DNA from: Minisyncoccota bacterium
GTDB lineage: Bacteria; Patescibacteriota; Minisyncoccia; Phycocordibacterales; Phycocordibacteraceae
DNA length: 64,000 nt
Direction of reading: 5' to 3'
Assembly (NCBI GenBank): GCA_036517735.1
Contig: DATDUD010000048.1
Location: 3,559 to 67,558 of the forward strand
The notes under the pieces are model-generated. The model did no database searches and was not told the DNA's origin. It saw only the letters and a program-made list of their open reading frames with translations. The position numbers were made by a program, and so were the translations under genes. This document shows, one piece after another, positions 28,719 through 38,086 of this stretch (the stretch's first letter is position 1; the number at the start of each line of letters is the position of its first letter).

Positions 28719-28940
28719 TTCCGTCCTAGTATAGAAGGCTTAGCCCGAATAGCCTCAGACGGGAACCCCGATGCTATTTGGTGTCGGGGTTTTGCTATTT
28801 TTAATCCCTAATGGCAGTATCTAGAGCAAGCTAAGCTCACGATCTAGAGAGCGTCCAAATACTAACCAAGTATTAAGCTCCCGCACAAGCTGGTTCAATT
28901 CTGTGACTAACGTGGGTCATGCACGAACTGGAAAGTAAAT

Positions 28941-28975
28941 AAGCCACCTTAGCTAAGGTGGCTTATTTACTATCT
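28941..28975. terminator. Bidirectional terminator hairpin
   Basis: AAGCCACCTT-AGCT-AAGGTGGCTT flanked by A and T runs. Confidence 0.5.
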
Positions 28976-28990
28976 GGAACCAGATTTTAA

Positions 28991-29809
28991 CTAATCGTCA
29001 TCTTCAACCTCATCTTCGTCTTCATCTTCATCTTCATCATCGTCTTCGTCCTCATCTTCGAATTTGATGACTTTTTTAACCTCCTCCTCGGTTAAGTTGA
29101 GGCGATCAGCAACAACAGCAACGATAGCGTCGTGGCTGGTCATGTTGAACCTAAAGGAACGGTCATCACCATCCTCGTCGACTTCGACATAAGCGCGGCC
29201 GTTACGAACCTCAACTTCGATTTCAAGTTCGTTCTCATCCTCGTCTTCGTCTTCGTCGGTATCATTGTCATCTTCGTCATCTTCATCGTCTTCGTCATCT
29301 TCATCGTCTTCGTCATCTTCGTCATCTTCGTCTTCGTCGTCTTCGTCGTCTTCGTCGTCTGAGTTTATGGAACCCTTTCCGCTGTTGTCTTCCTTGATGC
29401 GGATCTTTACCTCCTCCTTACCGTCGCGAAGGTCAATCTCAATCTTCACGCGAACGGAAAGAAGGTCTGTGGGAATCTGGTCTGATACGCCAGCCGCAGT
29501 AAGAATCTCATTGATCTTGGCGAGCGTAAGCGGACCAACCTGACCTACCTGATCGAGCCTGAGCTTCGCCTGGAAGCGAGACACTGCCCGTGCGGTCAAA
29601 GGACCATAGAATCCCGTAACAAGGCCTTCTGGATAAAGGGTCGGATCGGAAGCAAGAATCTGCTGAAGAGAACGCACCTCCTCACCGGTAGAGCCTACCC
29701 TGAGGCGGTTCTCGATTTTCACCTTACCGCTCCCTGACTCGGCATTGGCGCTCGTTGCCCCAGAAAAAATAAGAGCAAGAGCGAATACTGATGCAATAGC
29801 GTAGCGCAT
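28991..29809 (-). CDS. Secreted peptidoglycan-binding (PG_binding_1-like) protein with long poly-Asp/Glu tracts
   Basis: Signal peptide; GSTGEEVRSLQQILASDPTLYPEGLVTGFYGPLTARAVSRFQAKLRLDQVG; 40+ consecutive D/E residues encoded by GAC/GAA/GAT repeats. Confidence 0.55.
   Translation of the reverse strand: MRYAIASVFALALIFSGATSANAESGSGKVKIENRLRVGSTGEEVRSLQQILASDPTLYPEGLVTGFYGPLTARAVSRFQAKLRLDQVGQVGPLTLAKINEILTAAGVSDQIPTDLLSVRVKIEIDLRDGKEEVKIRIKEDNSGKGSINSDDEDDEDDEDEDDEDDEDDEDDEDDEDDEDDNDTDEDEDEDENELEIEVEVRNGRAYVEVDEDGDDRSFRFNMTSHDAIVAVVADRLNLTEEEVKKVIKFEDEDEDDDEDEDEDEDEVEDDD
29263..29361. repeat. Trinucleotide simple repeat (GAC/GAA/GAT)n encoding the poly-acidic tract
   Basis: Tcgtcatcttc and cgtcttcgtc units repeated about 30 times. 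Confidence 0.8.
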
Positions 29810-29959
29810 ATGAATAATTCAAATTATTTGTACTAGGTTTACATTATACCTCACCCAAGATGAGACTGCCGCGAGTAGTTATTCCCTATGGGGGCGGAGT
29901 GGAAATTCAGCGCTGCTTATTGTATCTTGCTAAGACCCTATGCACGGGGCAATTCCATA

Positions 29960-30036
29960 GCGCGGTTAGCTCATTTGGTTAGAGCGCGTCATTGACGTTG
30001 ACGAGGTGGTAGGTTCGATCCCTACACCGCGCACCA
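29960..30036 (+). tRNA. tRNA-Val(GAC) with encoded CCA
   Basis: Acceptor GCGCGGT/ACCGCGC, anticodon stem CGTCA/TGACG with loop TTGACGT, T-loop TTCGATC, then A plus CCA. Confidence 0.85.
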
Positions 30037-31041
30037 ATGCCTTCAAAGTACAGGATATTCATCCTTCCGACCCTTATATCCATCTTTCTTCTTGGAGGAG
30101 TGTTTTGGTATCTGGGTCCTGCAGCCTTTGTCACTACCCTTCTCCTCGTTATCCTTGAGGTAACGCTTTCGTTTGATAACGCAGTGGTTAATGCGCGGGT
30201 GCTTGCGCGTATGAGCGACGCCTGGCAGCAGCGCTTCCTTACGTGGGGTGTTCTGATAGCGGTTGTCGGTACCCGTATTGTGCTCCCCATTGTTATCGTA
30301 GCTGTATCGGTAGGACTCTCTCCTTGGGCCGTTACCATGCTTGCTACTTTTGACCCCGAAGCATACGGGCACTTGTTAGAAGGAGCACATCACGCCATTG
30401 CTGCCTTCGGAGGAACATTCCTTCTCATTGTTGCCCTCCAGTACTTCATTGATGTAAATAAGAACGTGCATTGGATACGGGTTATCGAACGCCACGTATC
30501 AAAGTGGGGACATATTGAGGCAGTGGAGATAGCGCTTACCCTTGTTCTTCTCCTTTTCCTTTCGTACCTCGTACCCTGGGAGGCCGCTACCATACTCACT
30601 GCCGGCATCATCGGTCTTGTGACCTTCATTGTTATTGAGGGCATCGCGAACTCCTTTACGGTCGAATCAAAGAGTGCAGTTGCGACAGGAGGACTTATGT
30701 TATTTCTTTATTTAAACGTTCTTGACGCAGCCTTCTCACTTGATGGAGTTATCGGTGCGTTTGCGATCACGAGTGCGCTGCCGGTTATTATTGTTGGTCT
30801 CGGTATTGGCGCATACTTCGTACGTTCTCTCACTGTGTATCTCGTGCGCCAGAAGACCCTGGAGAGCCTGGTGTACGTCGAGCATGGTGCTCACTGGGCC
30901 ATTCTCGGTCTTGCTGCCTCTATGCTTGCTTCGCTCGTTATTCATATTCCAGAGCTTGTCATTGGCCTCATCGGCATCGTCTTCATCGTTACCTCGGTCT
31001 ACTCGTCTTTCAGGGAGCGAGCAGCCGTGGCGCACCAGTAG
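30037..31041 (+). CDS. TerC-family integral membrane protein
   Basis: EVTLSFDNAVVNA signature; multiple TM helices; 334 aa; the ATG immediately follows the tRNA-Val CCA. Confidence 0.65.
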   Translation: MPSKYRIFILPTLISIFLLGGVFWYLGPAAFVTTLLLVILEVTLSFDNAVVNARVLARMSDAWQQRFLTWGVLIAVVGTRIVLPIVIVAVSVGLSPWAVTMLATFDPEAYGHLLEGAHHAIAAFGGTFLLIVALQYFIDVNKNVHWIRVIERHVSKWGHIEAVEIALTLVLLLFLSYLVPWEAATILTAGIIGLVTFIVIEGIANSFTVESKSAVATGGLMLFLYLNVLDAAFSLDGVIGAFAITSALPVIIVGLGIGAYFVRSLTVYLVRQKTLESLVYVEHGAHWAILGLAASMLASLVIHIPELVIGLIGIVFIVTSVYSSFRERAAVAHQ

Positions 31042-31064
31042 CATATGGATTAGAGTAAAGGCTC

Positions 31065-31925
31065 ATGGAACGAACTATTATCCTCTATCACGGCGGGTGT
31101 CCTGACGGCTTTGGCGCTGCGTATGCAGCGTGGAAGAAGTTCGGGGATACGGCAGAATATATTCCCCTTCACCGCGGAAACGAATTGCCTGAAGGTATAG
31201 ACGGCGCGCGCATATACCTTATCGACTTCACGTATAAGCGGGAACTCATGGACGAGCTTCTTTCTCGCTCCGGCTCACTTATCGTACTCGATCATCATGA
31301 CGGAGTACGAGAGATAGTGGAGGCCACGCCCGAGCACGTCTTTGACTTGAATCGTTCAGGTGCGACCATCTCGTGGGAATACTTCCATCCCGATACTCCT
31401 GTGCCCTATTTCTTTAAACTGCTTGAAGATCAGGACCTTTTCAGACGCGCCTTTGCAGACACGACTCCCCTACACTCATACCTTGAAGTACATCCTTTTG
31501 AATTCGAGGCATGGGATGCGATAGTCCACATGCTTGAGAATCCAGAAGAACGGGAGAAGTTCCTGGAAAAGACCCGCGTGTACGCAGAATACTTTGAACT
31601 GCTTGCGACCATGGCTGCAAATAAAGGAAAGCTTGTTTCTTTTGAAGGACATGAAGTATATTTCACTACCTGTCATCCCTTTAAGTCGCTCAAGTCCCGT
31701 GTTGGTAACCTGCTTGCTGAAAAGAAAGGACCTATCTCACTGATTGTAACTGCGCATCCAGATGGATACGGCGTTTCGATTCGAGGTGATGGGAGTGTGA
31801 ATGTCGCTGAGATAGCGCAAAAGTACGGAGGAAACGGCCATCCGAATGCTTCAGGCTTCCTTATCCCCCGCGAAGGCCCGTTCCCCTGGGAACTTATCAA
31901 AGACCATGAGGATTCTCGCGATTGA
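31065..31925 (+). CDS. DHH-family phosphoesterase (NrnA-like oligoribonuclease/pAp phosphatase)
   Basis: YHGGCPDGFGAAYAA, LDHHD (DHH motif), GGNGHPNASG (DHHA1 GGGH motif); 286 aa. Confidence 0.75.
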   Translation: MERTIILYHGGCPDGFGAAYAAWKKFGDTAEYIPLHRGNELPEGIDGARIYLIDFTYKRELMDELLSRSGSLIVLDHHDGVREIVEATPEHVFDLNRSGATISWEYFHPDTPVPYFFKLLEDQDLFRRAFADTTPLHSYLEVHPFEFEAWDAIVHMLENPEEREKFLEKTRVYAEYFELLATMAANKGKLVSFEGHEVYFTTCHPFKSLKSRVGNLLAEKKGPISLIVTAHPDGYGVSIRGDGSVNVAEIAQKYGGNGHPNASGFLIPREGPFPWELIKDHEDSRD

Positions 31926-33093
31926 AACCTCGTGCGATGAGACTGCAGTTGCGATCGTCGAAGGAGAGCAGGCAGGGAAAGAAACTAAGTTCGAGGTGCT
32001 TGGCAATGCACTTCTCTCGCAAATTGCAGTACACCAGGAATACGGCGGCGTGTACCCAATGCTCGCCAAACGGGAGCATGCGAAGAACCTTGTTCCCTTG
32101 CTTTCTGCAGCTCTCGAAGAGGCTGAACTTATACACGAGAGCGAGCAAGTTATTTCCGAAGAGAAACGGGAAGCCATCACAGTTCTGCTTGAGAGAGAAG
32201 GAGGTCTTGCCGCTTCGCTGCTCGAGTTTCTGAAAGAGTGCGAACCTCCGAAGATCGATGCAATCGCAGTCACTGCAGGTCCCGGGCTTGAGCCTGCACT
32301 TTGGGTCGGGGTGAACTTCGCAAAAGCACTTGCTCTTTTGTGGGACAAGCCGCTTATCGCTGTTAATCACATGGAGGGACATCTTCTATCTGCGCTCCTT
32401 CAGGAGAGGGGTGCAAGCACCTACATTCTTTCAGATATTTCTCGTCCTCTTCTCGGTCTTCTCATCTCAGGCGGACATACTGAAATTATTGAAATGAAGG
32501 ATTGGCTTTCATACACACTCATTGGGAGTACGCGCGACGACGCGGTTGGAGAGGCGTTTGATAAGGTAGCGAGAATGTTAGGGCTTCCGTATCCGGGAGG
32601 ACCAGAAATATCGAAGCTCGCTGAGAGAGCACGTGAACGCGGAGGCAATAATCCGTATACCCTTCCCCGCCCGATGATAAATGACGATAGCTGTGACTTC
32701 TCCTTTAGCGGTCTCAAGACTGCAGTACTCTATCAGGTCAGGGATAATGAGCTTACGGACACAGATAAAGAGAACATGGCGCATGCCTTTGAGGATGCCG
32801 TTGCAGATGTGCTGTATGCAAAGACGCTGCGGGCATTGGAGGAGACAGGTGCCAAGTCGCTTGCAATAGGCGGAGGTGTGTCCGCGAACACATATATTAA
32901 GCGGACGTTTGCGGAACGCTTGAAGAATGATCGTTCTGATATTTCTCTTTTTATGCCACCCGCTTCCCTCACCGGAGACAACGCCATCATGATCGCTCTT
33001 GCCTGCTACTACCGCGCCCTTGCGCAGGACTATGCCGATACGGAAACGCTTAGAGCCAACGGAAATCTTGCTCTCGCGAAGGACTCTAAATAA
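31906..33093 (+). CDS. tsaD: tRNA N6-adenosine threonylcarbamoyltransferase TsaD (Kae1/YgjD family)
   Basis: MRILAIETSCDETAVAIV start (internal Met of ORF 31846), HMEGHL and SGGV motifs. Confidence 0.8.
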   Translation: MRILAIETSCDETAVAIVEGEQAGKETKFEVLGNALLSQIAVHQEYGGVYPMLAKREHAKNLVPLLSAALEEAELIHESEQVISEEKREAITVLLEREGGLAASLLEFLKECEPPKIDAIAVTAGPGLEPALWVGVNFAKALALLWDKPLIAVNHMEGHLLSALLQERGASTYILSDISRPLLGLLISGGHTEIIEMKDWLSYTLIGSTRDDAVGEAFDKVARMLGLPYPGGPEISKLAERARERGGNNPYTLPRPMINDDSCDFSFSGLKTAVLYQVRDNELTDTDKENMAHAFEDAVADVLYAKTLRALEETGAKSLAIGGGVSANTYIKRTFAERLKNDRSDISLFMPPASLTGDNAIMIALACYYRALAQDYADTETLRANGNLALAKDSK

Positions 33094-33120
33094 GGCGTAT
33101 TCTCTGTTATATTGCTTTAA

Positions 33121-35289
33121 ATGGATCCGAAATTCCTAAAGCCGTACGACCCGGCCGCTACTGAGACCCGCATATATGAGGCGTGGGAAGAAAGCGGGTA
33201 CTTTAATCCCGACAATCTTCCGGGCGAGAGGAAAGAGCCTTTTACGGTGACTCTCCCCCCGCCTAACGTGACCGGGGAACTCCACATTGGCCATGCGTAT
33301 GAAGATACGCTCCAGGACACATTCGTGCGCTTTCACCGCATGCTAGGAAAGAAGACGCTATGGGTACCCGGCACCGATTCAGCAGCCATCGCCACCCAAG
33401 CACGTGTTGAAAAGAATATTCAAAAAGAAGAGGGAAAGAACCGACACGACCTCGGACGGGAAGAGCTTGTACGCCGTGTTGCTGAGTTTGCGAAAAACAG
33501 TGAGAGCACCATTCTCGGACAGGTTCGAAGGATGGGTGCATCGCTCGATTGGTCGCGCTATGCCTACACCATGGATGAACCGCGTAACCGCGCCGTCGCT
33601 ACAGCCTTTAAGCGGTTTTACGATGCCGGGCTTGCATACCGTGGCAACCGCATCATTAACTGGGATCCGAAGGGCCAGACCACTATCTCCGATGATGAGA
33701 TCGTCCACGAAGAACGAGAGGCGAAGTTATACACGTTTCGCTACGCAAAGGACTTCCCCATTCCTATCGCCACCACGCGTCTTGAAACGAAGGTCGGTGA
33801 TGTGGCAGTTGCCGTGCATCCGGATGATGCTCGGTATAAGGAATTCATAGGCAAGGAATACGAAGTGAGCTTCTGCGACGTTCCACTTACTATCCGTATC
33901 GTTGCGGACCAGGCTGCCGATCCGGAGTTCGGAACAGGTGCCGTGGGTGTTACACCAGCTCACAGCATGACCGACTGGGAGATCGCCGAGCGACATGATC
34001 TTCCACGTCCTCAGGTAATAAACGAGTTCGCAAAGATGGTAGTTCCCGGCCGACTTGAGGGACTTAAGGTTATTGAGGCCCGCGAAGCTGTTGCCGAATG
34101 GCTTCGTGCCGAGGGTCTCATGGAGCAGGAGGAGAATATCGTCCAGAACGTGTCTACGGCTGAGCGCACGGGAGGTATTGTCGAGCCGCTTCCTAAAGTG
34201 CAGTGGTTCATCGCCGTCAATAAGTCATTCATGCTTGAAAAGTCTGACATACCCGGAGTACCTAGTGGCTCGACTCTCACCCTCAAAGAACTTATGCGTG
34301 CAGCCATTGAGCATGGTGGTGTGACCATGCCCCAGGAAGGATTTCGTAACGCATACTTTCATTGGATCGATAACCTGCGGGACTGGTGCGTGAGCCGTCA
34401 GATCTGGTTCGGGCACCGTATCCCTGTCTGGTACCGTGGCGATGAGATCTATTGCGGTGTGGAAGCACCCCAAGACGATGGCTGGGAGCAAGATCCGGAC
34501 GTCTTTGATACCTGGTTTTCCTCGCAGCTTTGGACCTTCTCGACTCTCGGATGGCCTGAGGAGACTACAGACCTGCGAACGTTCCATCCCACGTCACTTA
34601 TGTCTCCGGCATACGAGATACTCAATCTTTGGGTTTCGCGCATGATCCTTGCAAGCGGATTCCTGCTCGGTCAGGTTCCCTTTCGCACTGTGCTCATTCA
34701 TGGTTTGGTACGCGATGCCAAGGGACGTAAGTACAGTAAGTCACTCAATAATGGCATCAATCCTCTTGATATGATCGATAAGTACGGCGCCGACGCACTG
34801 CGGATGGGGCTGCTCGTAGGAACGGCGATTGGAAGCGACATCCGTTTCGATGAGAGTAAGGTGAAGGGATATAAGCACTTCTCAAACAAACTTTGGAACA
34901 TCACGCGCTTTGTGCTCGAAAATACGGAAGATTTCATATCTGAAGGAACTCTCACAAGCACTGACCAGGAACATCGCGCTGACTTCGAAGCCCTTGCCGA
35001 AGATATTACTCGTGACCTTGAGGAATATCGTGCGTATCTTGCAGCCGAGAAGATATATCACTACCTTTGGCATGAACTCGCCGACAAAATACTCGAGGAA
35101 TCAAAGTCCGTTCTTCAAAGCGAGGACGAGACTGCGAAGGCCTCACGCCAGACACTTCTTCTTTCTCTTCTAACAGATTCACTTAAGTTGCTTCATCCCT
35201 TTATGCCGTTCGTAACGGAAGAGATATGGTCATCGATTCCGGGCTCCGAGGGACTTCTCATAGTCGCTCCCTGGCCGCGGTACAATTAG
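33121..35289 (+). CDS. valS: Valyl-tRNA synthetase (short form without the C-terminal coiled coil)
   Basis: PPPNVTGELHIGHA (HIGH), KYSKSLNNG (KMSKS-like), class I editing-domain region; 722 aa. Confidence 0.85.
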   Translation: MDPKFLKPYDPAATETRIYEAWEESGYFNPDNLPGERKEPFTVTLPPPNVTGELHIGHAYEDTLQDTFVRFHRMLGKKTLWVPGTDSAAIATQARVEKNIQKEEGKNRHDLGREELVRRVAEFAKNSESTILGQVRRMGASLDWSRYAYTMDEPRNRAVATAFKRFYDAGLAYRGNRIINWDPKGQTTISDDEIVHEEREAKLYTFRYAKDFPIPIATTRLETKVGDVAVAVHPDDARYKEFIGKEYEVSFCDVPLTIRIVADQAADPEFGTGAVGVTPAHSMTDWEIAERHDLPRPQVINEFAKMVVPGRLEGLKVIEAREAVAEWLRAEGLMEQEENIVQNVSTAERTGGIVEPLPKVQWFIAVNKSFMLEKSDIPGVPSGSTLTLKELMRAAIEHGGVTMPQEGFRNAYFHWIDNLRDWCVSRQIWFGHRIPVWYRGDEIYCGVEAPQDDGWEQDPDVFDTWFSSQLWTFSTLGWPEETTDLRTFHPTSLMSPAYEILNLWVSRMILASGFLLGQVPFRTVLIHGLVRDAKGRKYSKSLNNGINPLDMIDKYGADALRMGLLVGTAIGSDIRFDESKVKGYKHFSNKLWNITRFVLENTEDFISEGTLTSTDQEHRADFEALAEDITRDLEEYRAYLAAEKIYHYLWHELADKILEESKSVLQSEDETAKASRQTLLLSLLTDSLKLLHPFMPFVTEEIWSSIPGSEGLLIVAPWPRYN

Positions 35290-35293
35290 GAGA

Positions 35294-36049
35294 ATGGATA
35301 TCCTCGCGTCCGCACCGTTCGGAACTCTCGGGTATGCCTTCCTGGGAGGTGTCCTTCCTCCCCTCGTCTGGCTTTACTTTCTCCTTAAAGAGGACGATCG
35401 GTGTCCGGAGCCTCTTCCTTGTCTTTTGATCGCCTTCATCTCGGGCATGCTCGCTGTGCCTTTCGCTCTTCTGCTTGAGACTCTTCTGCGCGACTATGCC
35501 TACATTGCGTATGCAGGATGCAGTGAGTACGCGCCACTCTGCGTGCCGATTATTCTCGGATGGTCAGTCATTGAAGAGACGCTGAAGTATGTGTTGGTTG
35601 CGCTTCTGGTGCTCTGGCGCGCTGACGTGAACGAACCCATAGATCTGGTTATCTATATGCTCACAGCAGCACTTGGCTTTGCGGCGCTTGAGAATGTACT
35701 TTTCCTCATCGTTCCCTTCGCAAACGGCGATGTTCTTATGGGGCTCCAGACCGGAAACCTGCGCTTCATCGGTTCAACCCTTCTTCACGTCATGGCTTCT
35801 TCAGCAGTTGGTTTTGCGCTTGCTTTCTCTTTGAACTTCTTGAAGCCGCTCCGAGCCTTCTTCGCCATTGCCGGACTTATCCTTGCCATTGCATTGCACG
35901 CTCTCTTTAACTTTTTTATAATTCAGGGAGATGGCGTCTACACGCTGTTCGCGTTCCTCATCGTCTGGACCGCGGCAGTCGCCTTCTTCGCGCTGTTTGA
36001 GACCCTCAGGTACGTTAGGTACCGCAATTTACCCAAAAATGTCTGTTAG
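35294..36049 (+). CDS. PrsW-family intramembrane metalloprotease
   Basis: EETLKY, FAALEN and HALFN motifs in successive TM helices; 251 aa. Confidence 0.7.
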   Translation: MDILASAPFGTLGYAFLGGVLPPLVWLYFLLKEDDRCPEPLPCLLIAFISGMLAVPFALLLETLLRDYAYIAYAGCSEYAPLCVPIILGWSVIEETLKYVLVALLVLWRADVNEPIDLVIYMLTAALGFAALENVLFLIVPFANGDVLMGLQTGNLRFIGSTLLHVMASSAVGFALAFSLNFLKPLRAFFAIAGLILAIALHALFNFFIIQGDGVYTLFAFLIVWTAAVAFFALFETLRYVRYRNLPKNVC

Positions 36050-36058
36050 TATATAGCT

Positions 36059-36541
36059 ATGAAAAAACGCTCCTTCTTCGACCGCCTTTCCGGATCCACT
36101 CCGGTCGACGACTACGACTTTGACGATGAAATGACGCAGCCGTACCCGGCGCAAAGGGGACATACTCCCTCCACCGCTCCCTCGTATCCGGCACAAGAAG
36201 ATTTGGCTGTTGACGGCCAGCTTCCTGTGGACGTATATCAAACCGAAAGTGAGGTCGTGGTGCGTGCATTTGTCGCAGGAGTGCGCCCGGACGACGTGAA
36301 CCTTTCCATATCGAGGGATACAGTCGTCATAGACGGAGTACGCGAGGAACGTGAGCAAATCGTTGATCATGATTACATCAAGCGTGAACTCTTCTGGGGA
36401 TCGTTCGCGACTACCATCCACCTTCCCCATGAGATTGACGTGGATGCGGCAACGGCAAGCGCCAAGGACGGGCTTCTGACGCTCGTGCTTCCACGGCTTG
36501 ATAAGTCGAGGCAGACGAAGCTTAAGGTGAAGGCGGGATAA
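36059..36541 (+). CDS. Hsp20/alpha-crystallin small heat-shock protein
   Basis: LPVDVYQTESEVVVRAFVAGVRPDDVNLSI...GLLTLVLPRL alpha-crystallin domain; 160 aa. Confidence 0.8.
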   Translation: MKKRSFFDRLSGSTPVDDYDFDDEMTQPYPAQRGHTPSTAPSYPAQEDLAVDGQLPVDVYQTESEVVVRAFVAGVRPDDVNLSISRDTVVIDGVREEREQIVDHDYIKRELFWGSFATTIHLPHEIDVDAATASAKDGLLTLVLPRLDKSRQTKLKVKAG

Positions 36542-36542
36542 C

Positions 36543-36570
36543 AAAAGGCCCCTAAAACCGGGGCTTTTTG
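36543..36570. terminator. Bidirectional terminator
   Basis: AAAAGGCCCC-TAAAACC-GGGGCTTTTT. Confidence 0.55.
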
Positions 36571-37647
36571 TTATTTAATGTCAGTGTAGAGCGTCGGGGG
36601 AACGCCCACGTTCTCAATCTTAAAGTTAAGCCTTCCTATCACCTGCCCTTCGAGGGTTTCGATAGTAACGCGCCACTGTCCGGGACGAGGATCGGACTTC
36701 TCCGAATACCCACGGTATCCTTCTGCTCGTCCTCCTGAAAGAGTAAATGCAATCATTGACTCGGTTATCCACTCCCTTTTTTCTTCGTCGTATCTTTCCC
36801 ATCGATGAACGATATTCGCTGAGAATGCAGATGGTGCAAATATGGCACTGTATGCGTATAGCGGAGTGCCTGTAACGTGATTGACCTTTCGCGGCAGGAA
36901 GCGGGACCATCGACTCCACCCCTCGTGGGTGACTTGGTATCCGGCTTCGGTACGGACAATGCTGTGATAGATGCCGCTTTCCTTAACGGTAAGGGGGATG
37001 GGCGGCACAAGACCGCTAAAATAGAGCGCGACAACTATGATAACCACGGCTCCTGCTCCTGCAAGAATGCGCCAAAGTGTCGCTTCGAGCTGTCTGCGTC
37101 CTGAAAGGCCGAGCAGGCATATGAATGCCCCGAAAACAACAATTGCGAGCACAGTGCTTGAGAGAAAGATGTCAGGTCCCAGTTTATTCAAATACAACGG
37201 TAATGCGAATATGAGATACGCATAGAGTGCAAAGAAAAAGAGCACGGTCTGGAACACAAGATGGGAGCGGTAGCTTCTGAAGAACTCGTTCCCAAGGAAG
37301 ATTGCCAGAAGCAGGAAAAGGAACGGCCATGATACGGAAAGCACTGCGCTTTTTGTATAAAAGATGAGGAAACCGGAAAGTAGACCGCCGATGGTGAACG
37401 TTGCAGCCAGGGGCGCAAGCACGGCCACTGCCCTTCTCCATGCTGAAGGATGTATGGCAAACCTGCGCATGGTGTGCGTGAGGAAGGTGAAGAATGCTGC
37501 AAGAGCAAGATACGCAATGAAGAGTAGGTTCACTGCAGGCAGGTCAAGGAGCGTAAAGGTCAGAAGATCGGTTACGAACCCAACTACGAACACGAGCGTC
37601 GAGAGCCGGTGTTCGTGGAGCTGAATGAAAGCAAGCGGGTAAGACAT
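36571..37647 (-). CDS. Polytopic membrane protein with a C-terminal soluble domain (hypothetical)
   Basis: About 8 TM helices, then a ~140-aa hydrophilic C-terminal domain; no recognised motif. Confidence 0.45.
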   Translation of the reverse strand: MSYPLAFIQLHEHRLSTLVFVVGFVTDLLTFTLLDLPAVNLLFIAYLALAAFFTFLTHTMRRFAIHPSAWRRAVAVLAPLAATFTIGGLLSGFLIFYTKSAVLSVSWPFLFLLLAIFLGNEFFRSYRSHLVFQTVLFFFALYAYLIFALPLYLNKLGPDIFLSSTVLAIVVFGAFICLLGLSGRRQLEATLWRILAGAGAVVIIVVALYFSGLVPPIPLTVKESGIYHSIVRTEAGYQVTHEGWSRWSRFLPRKVNHVTGTPLYAYSAIFAPSAFSANIVHRWERYDEEKREWITESMIAFTLSGGRAEGYRGYSEKSDPRPGQWRVTIETLEGQVIGRLNFKIENVGVPPTLYTDIK

Positions 37648-37669
37648 CGGTTTAATAGTAACCGACAGA

Positions 37670-37745
37670 TGGTGCTTGGACCCGGGCTTGAACCGGGGAC
37701 CTTTCCCTCTTCAGGGGAACGCTCTACCAACTGAGCTATCCAAGC
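37670..37745 (-). tRNA. tRNA-Phe(GAA) with encoded CCA
   Basis: Reverse strand reads GCTTGGATAGCTCAGTTGGTAGAGC, anticodon stem TTCCC/GGGAA with loop CTGAAGA, T-loop TTCAAGC, then ACCA. Confidence 0.9.
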
Positions 37746-37784
37746 AAGTACGGCCCAATATAGCACACGGGCTGGTGTCTTTCA

Positions 37785-38072
37785 CTACTGGCCCTGGTAT
37801 GAATCCAGCGCCTTCTCAAGGTCTGCCTGAGTCGGAAATCCGAGGAAGCCGCTTCCAGCGCCGCCTGTCGCCGGAACAAGAGACTCGAGAATGGGCTTGA
37901 GGAGAAGGAGCGGCAGTATGATGAGAGCCGCCCAGATAAAGACGCGAAGAAAGATGCCAACGCGGCTCCAGCGTCGCATCTCGCGGAGCATCCTATTGGT
38001 CTCCTCGGTAACCTGGAGATTCTCCTCAAGCATCTGCTCTACTCGCGCCAATTGCAGATTTTCATCGTTCAT
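37785..38072 (-). CDS. Small hypothetical membrane protein
   Basis: 95 aa with a central TM helix; coiled N-terminus. Confidence 0.3.
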   Translation of the reverse strand: MNDENLQLARVEQMLEENLQVTEETNRMLREMRRWSRVGIFLRVFIWAALIILPLLLLKPILESLVPATGGAGSGFLGFPTQADLEKALDSYQGQ

Positions 38073-38086
38073 ATAGTCGAATTATA

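Noticed and set aside
29132-29543. Plus-strand ORFs encoding poly-Ser or poly-Val/Phe peptides.
   Set aside because: Frame-shifted or antisense readings of the GAC/GAA trinucleotide repeat inside the acidic PG-binding protein gene.
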